Positions 20,883-28,835 of a DNA stretch of 64,000 nt are shown here, piece by piece. The DNA comes from an uncultured Desulfovibrio sp. (GTDB lineage Bacteria > Desulfobacterota > Desulfovibrionia > Desulfovibrionales > Desulfovibrionaceae): contig CASEWR010000009.1 of NCBI GenBank assembly GCA_949291675.1, positions 35,310-99,309 on the forward strand, in the 5' to 3' direction. The position numbers and the translations under genes were made by a program. The stretch's first letter is position 1, and each line of letters opens with the position of its first letter. The notes beneath the pieces were generated by a model. The model was not told where the DNA came from, did no database searches, and saw nothing but the letters and a program-made list of their open reading frames with translations.

Positions 20883-21654
20883 TCAGCCCTCTGTCAGGAT
20901 CTTGGTGCATTGGTCCTGCAGGCAGAGTTTGACAGCCTCGAAGGTTGTCATGTTCTGCTTTTTGGCCGTCTGCAGGCAGGTCTTCAGGCAGAGAAACCGC
21001 TCGGCTCCCTCACGAGTGGCAAGCCGGCCACTGATCTTCTCACGGACCTTGATGGCTTTGGCCGCCTGCTCTGCAAGATTGTTCGTGAAGGGCACTTGCA
21101 GGTCACTCATACATCGGAGCATTGCATCCATCAGAGTATCCAGGCGGTCCAGGAGATTGACAACTTTGGGTTGCGCGACCCGTCCCCGTCCTTTTGGGGC
21201 ACAGGCAGCGACTGAATGGACACATCAATTCTTTGATTATCGGTCGAACCTGTTCCGGCTCCTGCGTCCGTTCCAGTCTCAGGAGCTGTGCGACCAGGCC
21301 CTTGCTTTTCTCCAATTCTTCTCCTGGCACTCGGCTTTCGTCCAGAAAAAAATGCCTGTGTTGGGGGCAATACTGCTTCAAACTCTCCGGCACAGTCACG
21401 GCACATGTCTGCCACGCTTTTGACCTTGACTTTTGCGACTTGATTGGGCATGGATGCAGTGGCTTGGAGCTGCATTTTTTTGTGCTGTACAGTCGCTCGC
21501 GCGTGTTTGTTCTGAACCCTGCTTCAAGATCAAATACCGGCAGCTCTTCAGGAGACGTGTCGCTCGCTGGTCCTTCACGAACCAGGGCTGGACACGTTTT
21601 TTTCTGCCTTTGAGGCAGATAGCTGCCTGCAGCCTGCGCGCGTCGGTTCCGCAC
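20883..21654 (-). pseudogene. decayed IS66-family transposase relic (frameshifted, internally deleted)
   Basis: ORF 20883-21131 ends like the IS66 TnpC C-terminus (PFTNNLAEQAAKAIKV...). Upstream pieces sit in two other frames (21131-21475 and 21103-21654). No intact ORF and no terminal IRs were recognised. Confidence 0.55.
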
Positions 21655-21759
21655 GAAGCACTACCGGGCAGTCCTTGCGAGCATCAGTCCAGCACATCAG
21701 TCCCGCACATCAGTACCGGCGGCACAGCCTGCCAAAACCAATGGGGAGAACTAAAGGAA

Positions 21760-23679
21760 TTGAACAACTTCCGTAACTTGCTGCAGCCGTGGCGTGTCGA
21801 GGACAGTGCCGAGGTCTATGGTATCCACTCCTGGGGTGCCGGCTACTTTGATGTGTCCCCCAACGGCGATGTTGTCATTTGTCCCAACGGCCCCCAGGGC
21901 CCCAGGGTGTCCATTCCCGAGATCATCGAAGGTATCAAGGAAAGAGGGTATGACATGCCCTGCCTGCTCAGGGTGGAGAACATCCTGGACTCGCAGATAC
22001 AAAGTCTGCATGAGTCCTTCAGCAGGGCCATCAAAAACCTTGGCTACAAGGGCAGTTACCGGGGTGTGTTCCCGGTCAAGGTCAATCAGCAGCAGCAGGT
22101 CATTGAGGAGATTGCCGATTTCGGTGCCCGCTATCACCATGGGCTGGAAGTGGGCTCCAAGGGCGAACTCATCGCCGCAGTGTCCCTGCTTTCGGACAGG
22201 GAAGCCTGCCTCATCTGCAACGGGTACAAGGACGGCGAGTTCATTGACCTTGGCCTGCAGGCCCAGCGTCTGGGCTTCAATGTCTTCTTTGTCATTGAAA
22301 TGCCCGGCGAACTGGACACCATTCTCCAGCGTGCCCGCATCCACGACATGCGTCCCAAGCTCGGCGTGCGCTGCAAACTCTCCACCAGAGCCAGCGGGCA
22401 CTGGGCCGAATCCGGCGGCGAGCGCTCGGTCTTCGGTCTTTCCCCTGCGGAAATCGTGGACGTCATTGATACCCTCAAGGCACACGACATGCTCGATTGC
22501 CTGAGGCTGTTGCACTATCACTTAGGCTCCCAGGTCTCCAACATCCGCGACATCCGCCTTGGTGTGCAGGAAGGTGCCCGCTTCTACGCAGGTCTTGTGG
22601 AAGAAGGCGCTCCCATGGGCTACATCGACCTTGGCGGCGGTCTGGCTGTGGACTACGACGGCTCGCACACCAACTACGTGTCCTCGCGCAACTACACCCT
22701 GGACGAATACAGCGCGGACATCGTGGAAGCCATCATGGCCACGCTGGACGAAGTTGATGTGCCCCATCCCCATATCGTGACCGAGTCCGGCCGTGCCACT
22801 GTGGCCTACTACTCCATTCTGCTCTTCAACATTCTGGATGTGAGCAGGGTGGAACCCATGCAGCTGCCCGAGGAACTGGATGAGGAGACTCCGGAGCCTG
22901 TGAAGAATCTGCGCGAGGTTCTGCTCAACATCTCGCCCCGCAATCTGCAGGAATGCTATAACGACGCCATTTACTATCGCGGGGAAATGCGCCAGCTCTT
23001 TGCAACCGGCGCTGTGAACCTGCGTCAGCGCTGCCTGTCCGAGCGTTTCTTCTGGGCCATTCTCATGCGCATTGCAGAAGAAACAAAGAAGCTCAAGGTC
23101 ATTCCCAGAGATCTGCAGGACCTCGACTCCTATCTGGCAGACATTTACTACGGCAACTTCAGTATCTTCCAGTCCCTGCCGGACTCCTGGGCCATTGACC
23201 AGCTCTTCCCGGTCATGCCTGTGCACCGTCTGCAGGAATGCCCCACCCGCCGCGGCATCATTGCCGACATCACCTGCGACTCGGACGGGCAGATCAGCCA
23301 CTTCATTGACCAGCAGGGCGACAAGCGCACCCTGGAGCTCCATCCCCTCAAGGAAGGCGAGGAGTACTACCTTGGCGTCTTCCTGGTCGGTGCTTATCAG
23401 GAAACCCTGGGCGATCTGCACAACCTCATGGGCGACAACAACGTCGTCTCCATCAGGATTTCCGAGGACGGCAGCTACGAGATTGTGCGCGAACAGGAAG
23501 GCGATACGGTCGCAGACGTGCTCTCCTACGTAGAGTTCGACCCCAGGCGCATCATGGAGTCCCTGCGCAGCATGGCAGAGCGTGCCGTACGTGAGGGCCG
23601 CATCACCCCGAGTCAGCGCTTTGCCTTCCTGCAGATCTTCGAGGACGGCATCAGAGGCTATACCTACTTCGAGCGCTAG
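21760..23679 (+). CDS. speA: biosynthetic arginine decarboxylase
   Basis: It begins with WRVEDSAEVYGIHSWGAGYFDV, shows PLP-fold decarboxylase motifs (FPVKVNQQ, GGGLAVDY), and is about 640 aa. The start is TTG 21760 or 21778. The ORF runs upstream to 21433 through the IS relic, which is not credible as coding. Confidence 0.85.
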   Translation: MNNFRNLLQPWRVEDSAEVYGIHSWGAGYFDVSPNGDVVICPNGPQGPRVSIPEIIEGIKERGYDMPCLLRVENILDSQIQSLHESFSRAIKNLGYKGSYRGVFPVKVNQQQQVIEEIADFGARYHHGLEVGSKGELIAAVSLLSDREACLICNGYKDGEFIDLGLQAQRLGFNVFFVIEMPGELDTILQRARIHDMRPKLGVRCKLSTRASGHWAESGGERSVFGLSPAEIVDVIDTLKAHDMLDCLRLLHYHLGSQVSNIRDIRLGVQEGARFYAGLVEEGAPMGYIDLGGGLAVDYDGSHTNYVSSRNYTLDEYSADIVEAIMATLDEVDVPHPHIVTESGRATVAYYSILLFNILDVSRVEPMQLPEELDEETPEPVKNLREVLLNISPRNLQECYNDAIYYRGEMRQLFATGAVNLRQRCLSERFFWAILMRIAEETKKLKVIPRDLQDLDSYLADIYYGNFSIFQSLPDSWAIDQLFPVMPVHRLQECPTRRGIIADITCDSDGQISHFIDQQGDKRTLELHPLKEGEEYYLGVFLVGAYQETLGDLHNLMGDNNVVSIRISEDGSYEIVREQEGDTVADVLSYVEFDPRRIMESLRSMAERAVREGRITPSQRFAFLQIFEDGIRGYTYFER

Positions 23680-23752
23680 ACTGCACAGACAGCAAAAGAG
23701 ATTCCAGAGAGACAGCATAGAGACACCATAGAGACACCATAGAGAGAACAAA

Positions 23753-23785
23753 GGGCCGCATCCTCCATGAGGGAGGATGCGGCCC
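23753..23785. terminator. bidirectional terminator hairpin between convergent genes
   Basis: GGGCCGCATCCTCC-ATGA-GGGAGGATGCGGCCC, a 14-bp stem. Confidence 0.6.
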
Positions 23786-23907
23786 TGATTGTTTCAAGGT
23801 TGTTTCAACTGCCCTGCAAGTGCCTGTCAGCTTTGCTGCTGCCCTGAGCCTGGGGCACTGCTGCTTGTGCCGTGCGGCAGGCTGGTGGCAGTCAGCCTCA
23901 AGTCCGG

Positions 23908-24576
23908 CTAGATGGTGCTCTGCTGCGTTGCGTCAGACTGGGCAGGCTTTTGGGGGGCTTTGGGTTCGGCAGGTGCGGCAGGAGCCTGTTGCTGCGGTTC
24001 GGGAGAGAGGATGGGCCTTGTGTTGGTGGCAAACTTCCTGGCCTGTTCCTCAAGCACAGCCTTGCCGACAATGAGCCACTTGTCGCCTTCCTTGCGCAGG
24101 GCAATCCAGCTGGTCATGTTGGCCGGCGTGGTCACTCTGGCCACAGCTGCGGTCTCGCTGATCTCTGTCACCTCGGCCTTCTTCAGAGCCCCGGGCTCCC
24201 AGGGGCAGTCCGGGCTCTGGGACCTGGTGCACTGGGCAATCAGCTCACCGGAGCTCACCATGCGGTTGAAGGTGCGTGTGTACTGATTCTTCAGGTCCAT
24301 GGCGGACTCAAGCCACTGATCCATGCTGTTGCCGAAGCCGAACAGGGCACCGAGATCACCGGCAAAACTGAGCAGGCTGTTGTCCTCCTTCAGGTTGACC
24401 AGCTCATGGCTGGCAAAGGCATCCATGTCGAACTGGGCCATGAAGTTCTGGCTGTTCTTCTCAGTCAGGGCTTTGGCCGTGTCATTGAGGGTCTTCTGCG
24501 GGCCTGAGGACAGGCAGGCGGCAAGCACAAAGGCAAGGCAGAGAACAAGAATCAGAGTGACAAGGTTTTTGCGCAT
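23908..24576 (-). CDS. putative lipoprotein, unknown function
   Basis: It starts MRKNLVTLILVLCLAFVLAAC (lipobox LAAC). GGGAGA lies upstream of ATG 24576. Confidence 0.6.
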   Translation of the reverse strand: MRKNLVTLILVLCLAFVLAACLSSGPQKTLNDTAKALTEKNSQNFMAQFDMDAFASHELVNLKEDNSLLSFAGDLGALFGFGNSMDQWLESAMDLKNQYTRTFNRMVSSGELIAQCTRSQSPDCPWEPGALKKAEVTEISETAAVARVTTPANMTSWIALRKEGDKWLIVGKAVLEEQARKFATNTRPILSPEPQQQAPAAPAEPKAPQKPAQSDATQQSTI

Positions 24577-24801
24577 GGATTTCTCCCTCTGAGCAATGAG
24601 GCCGGATGCAGACATCCGGCAAACTGTATTGATACTATCTTGTTTGTGTGTGGGTATACAGGCAACCAGGTTCCCGCCGGCTCCCTGGCAGGCCCATGGG
24701 CGGCATCGGGGGCGGCATCAGCCGGTCCTGTGTGCGCTACTCTACAAGTGAAGCCGCAGCGGGGCAAGGTGCTCGTCCCTCTGTCCCGGCATGTCTGTGT
24801 C

Positions 24802-25437
24802 TTACAGATCGTCTGTGAGCAGGGTTGCCCTGCCGCAGGTGACATCTGCCAGTGCCAGGGTAAGCTCGTGTACCTTGTCCCTGGGCAGCTCCACAGTGAG
24901 CACCATGCTGGCGTCATACTCTTCCTGCACTATTGTGGCCATATACACAGGCAGCAGTCTGTGCACCCTGTCGCTGTCAGCATAGGGTATTTCCAGCATG
25001 ACCTGGGCCAGTTCCGTCTTCGGGCAGACAGGCAGGCTTTCCAGACACAGGGACACGCTCTGCTGATAGGCCCGTACCAGGCCCCCTGTGCCAAGCTTGA
25101 TGCCGCCGAAGTAGCGGGTGACCACGCAGAAGATTTCGCCAACACCGGAGTGGAGCAGGGTGGTCAGCATGGGTCTTCCTGCCGTGCCGTGGGGCTCGCC
25201 GTCATCGCTGCAGCCAACCTGGGCAGTGGAGCCTGCGGGACAGGCTACAAAGGCCCAGCAGTTATGGGTTGCGTCCGCATAGAGCCTGCGCACGCGCTCT
25301 ATGCCTTCTCGTGCGGCTGCCACATGTGCGCACTGGCCTATATGGGTGATGAAGTTGCTTCTCTTGATGATCAGGGAAGTCTGATGCAGCTCGCCTGGGG
25401 CAAGGGCAGGGATGAGGGGAGCGGGTGTCTGAGACAT
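24802..25437 (-). CDS. YigZ / IMPACT-family protein
   Basis: It has HNCWAF and DDGEPHGTAGRPML motifs and is 211 aa long. Confidence 0.8.
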   Translation of the reverse strand: MSQTPAPLIPALAPGELHQTSLIIKRSNFITHIGQCAHVAAAREGIERVRRLYADATHNCWAFVACPAGSTAQVGCSDDGEPHGTAGRPMLTTLLHSGVGEIFCVVTRYFGGIKLGTGGLVRAYQQSVSLCLESLPVCPKTELAQVMLEIPYADSDRVHRLLPVYMATIVQEEYDASMVLTVELPRDKVHELTLALADVTCGRATLLTDDL

Positions 25438-25554
25438 AGAGAGAAAAAGTCAGGTTCTGCAAGATGGTTAGGAATGTCACAGAAAAAATTTCTGAAAAGC
25501 CCTTCACATGAGAAAAATTCGCATTAGCTTTAATCTGTCTGTCACACGGCAGGC

Positions 25555-25568
25555 GTGCAACTTTGCAC
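25555..25568. promoter_or_regulatory. palindrome GTGCAA-CT-TTGCAC upstream of rubrerythrin (candidate operator)
   Basis: A perfect 6-2-6 inverted repeat lies 50 nt upstream of ATG 25618. Confidence 0.25.
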
Positions 25569-25617
25569 GAACAACATTTGTGAACACAATACCCTTTGTG
25601 AGGAGAGGTTTCCAGTT

Positions 25618-26109
25618 ATGAGCAAGACCGAAAAGAATCTGATGGACGCTTTTGCAGGTGAGAGCCAGGCCAACCGCAAGTACCTTGCCTATGCCAAGGT
25701 CGCAGACAAGGAAGGCAAGGCCCAGATTGCCAAGCTGTTCCGCGCCGCTGCCGAGGCCGAGACCATTCATGCCCATGGCCATCTGCGCAATGCCGGCAAA
25801 ATCGGCGACACCGCTGCCAACCTGCAGGACGCTCTGGCTGGTGAAACCTACGAATTCACCAAGATGTATCCTGACATGATCAAGGACGCCAAGGAAGAAG
25901 GCAACGAGAAGGTGGCCAGGTACTTCGACTTCGTCAACAAGGTCGAAGAAGTGCATGCCAACCTCTACAAGAAGGCCATCGAAGGCGCCAGCGCCTTTGC
26001 CGGCGACTACTACATCTGCCCTGTGTGCGGCTACACCCATGAAGGTCCCCTCGATGGTCCCTGTCCTGTGTGCGGTGCCAAGGGTTCCACCTTCTACACC
26101 GTTGGCTAA
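25618..26109 (+). CDS. rubrerythrin
   Basis: It has an N-terminal di-iron four-helix motif (ESQANRKY, EAETIHAH, E..EF) and a C-terminal rubredoxin-like CPVCG...CPVCG. AGGAGAG lies upstream. Confidence 0.9.
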   Translation: MSKTEKNLMDAFAGESQANRKYLAYAKVADKEGKAQIAKLFRAAAEAETIHAHGHLRNAGKIGDTAANLQDALAGETYEFTKMYPDMIKDAKEEGNEKVARYFDFVNKVEEVHANLYKKAIEGASAFAGDYYICPVCGYTHEGPLDGPCPVCGAKGSTFYTVG

Positions 26110-26229
26110 CAGCCCGATGTCCGGCCGGGCCTGATGGCCCGGACTCATATATCAGGGAGTGTTTCCGGTTTGTCCCGGGAGCGCTCCCTCTTGTTGTCTG
26201 GCGGGGCTGAAGGCTCTGTTGCCATTGTC

Positions 26230-26322
26230 CCTTGTCATTTCCCCGTGTCATTGCCTCTTGTCATTGCCTCGTGTCATTGTTCCCCTGGTATTGCCCATTG
26301 TCATTGCCAGGTGTTTTGCCAG
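26230..26322. repeat. 13-bp tandem repeat KTGTCATTGCCYC x7
   Basis: TGTCAT-like cores occur at 26233, 26246, 26259, 26272, 26286, 26299 and 26312. Confidence 0.8.
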
Positions 26323-26428
26323 TACTTCTGCCTGCTGTCCGCTTCTGCCCTGCCTTTTGTCGTTGCCATTTGCCGGGAAAAGAGGCACGATGCGGCATCA
26401 TTTTTCGGGGTTTTCGGAGGATACGTCC

Positions 26429-27781
26429 ATGCAACACCGCCTTGCAGGGTTTTGTCTGACCCTGCTGCTTGTCAGCTGCTGCGGCTGCAGTATGCCCGTT
26501 CCTGCAGGGGCTCAGCCCGCAGACACAAAGCAGACCGGGAGCGAGGAAAAACAGCAGCCATTGAGCAAGTTCGACGCCCTGCGCCGCTTTGGCCAGGTCC
26601 TCGACATTGTTGAGCGCTCCTATGTGAACGACATCGGCCAGGCAGAGCTTGTCAACGGCGCCATCAAGGGAATGCTGCAGGGACTGGATCCCCATTCCTC
26701 CTTCATGAGTGCCGATGAATACAAGGAGATGCAGGAGACCACATCCGGCGAGTTCTTCGGCATTGGCGTGGAAATCGCCATGGAGAACGGCCAGGTGACC
26801 GTAGTGGCCCCCATTGAGGACACGCCTGCCTTCAATGCCGGCATGAAGACCGGGGACATCATCCTGACCATTGACGGCAAGTCCACCCAGGAAATGACCC
26901 TGCAGGACGTGGTGTCGCGCATTCGCGGTCCCAAGGACACCAAGGTGGAGCTCTCCATCCTGCACACCAATGGCAAGGAGCCTGTGCATCTGAGCATTGT
27001 GCGCGGCGCCATTCCCATCATCAGCGTCAAGAGCAAGAAGCTTGAGGACGGCTACTACTGGGTCCGCCTCACCCGCTTCTCGGAAAAGACCACGGACGAG
27101 CTCATCGAAGCAGTGGCCGAGGCAAAGAAGGACGCCGGCAAGGGCGGCATCAAGGGCATTGTCCTTGATTTGCGCAACAACCCCGGCGGTCTGCTCAGCC
27201 AGGCAGTGAGCGTCTCAGACCTCTTTTTGCAGAAGGGCACCATTGTTTCCATCAAGGGCAGAAGCAATGTGACCGAGCGCGTCTATACAGCCTCCATCCA
27301 GGGCACGGATGTGGAAGCCCCCATGGTGGTGCTGATCAATGCCGGCTCTGCCTCTGCCTCGGAAATCGTGGCCGGTGCCCTGAAGGATCAGCACAGGGCC
27401 CTCATTGTGGGCGAGCGCTCCTTCGGCAAGGGCTCGGTGCAGAACATCATTCCCCTTGCTGACGGCTCGGGTCTCAAGCTGACTGTGGCCCTCTATTACA
27501 CGCCTGACAACAAGTCCATTCAGGCAGAGGGTGTCAGCCCTGATGTGGAGATTCCCTTTGAGAAGCCCTCGGACAACGACAAGGAAAACCGTTTCCTGCT
27601 GCGCGAGGCTGATCTGAACCGCCACCTGGAAAACAGCACCAGCACTGGCGGAGAAAAGAACAGTGCCAGCCAGGCTGAAGACAAACAGGTGAAGGAACAG
27701 CTTGCCAGAGACAATCAGCTGCGCATGGCCCTGCAGCTTGTGAAGGGACTGCCCAGCATGCAGGCCATCAAAAACAGGTAA
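26429..27781 (+). CDS. S41 carboxyl-terminal processing protease (Ctp/Prc-like) with PDZ domain
   Basis: It has a signal/lipobox-like start (MQHRLAGFCLTLLLVSCCGC), PDZ (GDIILTIDG), and S41 motifs (DLRNNPGG, GSASASEI, SFGKGSVQ). GGAGGA lies 7 nt before ATG 26429. Confidence 0.85.
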   Translation: MQHRLAGFCLTLLLVSCCGCSMPVPAGAQPADTKQTGSEEKQQPLSKFDALRRFGQVLDIVERSYVNDIGQAELVNGAIKGMLQGLDPHSSFMSADEYKEMQETTSGEFFGIGVEIAMENGQVTVVAPIEDTPAFNAGMKTGDIILTIDGKSTQEMTLQDVVSRIRGPKDTKVELSILHTNGKEPVHLSIVRGAIPIISVKSKKLEDGYYWVRLTRFSEKTTDELIEAVAEAKKDAGKGGIKGIVLDLRNNPGGLLSQAVSVSDLFLQKGTIVSIKGRSNVTERVYTASIQGTDVEAPMVVLINAGSASASEIVAGALKDQHRALIVGERSFGKGSVQNIIPLADGSGLKLTVALYYTPDNKSIQAEGVSPDVEIPFEKPSDNDKENRFLLREADLNRHLENSTSTGGEKNSASQAEDKQVKEQLARDNQLRMALQLVKGLPSMQAIKNR

Positions 27782-27800
27782 GAACTTTTTCTGAGTGACA

Positions 27801-27831
27801 AGCCTGCCGCACCTGGTGTGGCAGGCTTTTG
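27801..27831 (+). terminator. Rho-independent terminator
   Basis: AGCCTGCC ... GGCAGGCT followed by TTTT. Confidence 0.5.
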
Positions 27832-27896
27832 TCTACCCGAATTTTTTCCGGGACATTTCCGGGACATCCCCGGATTTTTCCCGCAAGGAGGAAACA

Positions 27897-28697
27897 ATGG
27901 CAGAGCTTTCAGTGGGCGTGCTCGGCTGCGGCAATATGGGCGGCGCCATTCTCAAGGGCCTGGCTGCAACAGGCAGGTACCGTCTCTATGGCTGGACCAG
28001 GACCATGTCGCGTCTGGACCCGCTGCTTGCAATGGGTGTGGAAGCTGCCAAAAGCGCCAGTGATCTTGTGGAAAAGAGCGCTGTGCTCATCCTGGGGGTA
28101 AAGCCCTATCAGATTGTGGATGTGCTGCAGAGCCTGGACCAGAAACTTCTGGCAGGCAAAATCCTTGTCTCCATTGCTGCAGGCACAAGCCTCAAGACCC
28201 TGAAGAAGGCTTGTGACGGCCAGTGCACCGTTGTCCGCTGCATGCCCAACACCCCCGCCATGGTGAGCCGCGGCGTCTTTGCCCTCTGCTTTGACAAGAA
28301 GGCAGACGCAGAGGAGAAGGCATGCGTGCAGGCCATCTTCTCCGAGCTCGGCCTGTGCGTTGAGCTTGCCGAGAGTCAGTTCACAGCTTTCTCGGCCCTT
28401 ATCGGCGCAGGGCCTGCCTATGTCTTTGACCTTATGGAAGGTCTGGTCATGGCTGGCGTGACCCTGGGCTTCTCCCATGCCGCAAGCCGCAGCATGGTGG
28501 CAGAGCTCTTTGCCGGCTGCGCCAAGATGGCTGCCGAGAACCCCACAGAGCACCTCATGGCCATGCGTGACAATGTCTGCTCCCCTGCAGGCCTGACCAT
28601 TGCCGGTGTCAATGCCATGAACGAGGAGGGCCTTTCCGCAAAGCTCGGCAGAGCAGTGCTCAAGGCCAATAAACGCGGCAGGGAGATGGAGGACTAA
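27897..28697 (+). CDS. proC: pyrroline-5-carboxylate reductase
   Basis: It has the Rossmann motif VGVLGCGNMGGAI and the C-terminal P5CR signature (SPAGLTIAG). AAGGAGGA lies upstream of ATG 27897. Confidence 0.9.
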   Translation: MAELSVGVLGCGNMGGAILKGLAATGRYRLYGWTRTMSRLDPLLAMGVEAAKSASDLVEKSAVLILGVKPYQIVDVLQSLDQKLLAGKILVSIAAGTSLKTLKKACDGQCTVVRCMPNTPAMVSRGVFALCFDKKADAEEKACVQAIFSELGLCVELAESQFTAFSALIGAGPAYVFDLMEGLVMAGVTLGFSHAASRSMVAELFAGCAKMAAENPTEHLMAMRDNVCSPAGLTIAGVNAMNEEGLSAKLGRAVLKANKRGREMED

Positions 28698-28733
28698 GGA
28701 CGTCTCCTGCCTTTTCCCGGTTTCGTGCACATA

Positions 28734-28772
28734 CAGAACAGCCCCGGAGCAGCGTGCTTCGGGGCTGTTCTG
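28734..28772. terminator. hairpin between convergent proC and EBP genes
   Basis: CAGAACAGCCCCG ... CGGGGCTGTTCTG, a 13-bp stem. Confidence 0.5.
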
Positions 28773-28835
28773 CATTCAGAAATGTGCACAACGCGGGCAT
28801 GACTGTTCAGCACTGAGTCAGGCCCTGGCCAGGTC

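Noticed and set aside
21331-21346. TGGCACTCGGCTTTCG, and the other TGGCAC occurrences at 1846, 43054, 45852 and 52305, as sigma-54 promoters.
   Set aside because: All lack GC at the -12 position with the correct spacing, and all lie inside coding or relic sequence.
21433-21759. The long 5' extension of the speA ORF (748 aa version).
   Set aside because: The extension runs antisense through the IS66 relic and has no similarity to the SpeA N-terminus. The family-typical WRVEDS... begins just after the TTG codons at 21760 and 21778.
23716-23746. 11-bp tandem CATAGAGACAC x2.7 downstream of speA.
   Set aside because: It is a short simple slippage product just before the terminator hairpin, with no further structure or recurrence noticed.
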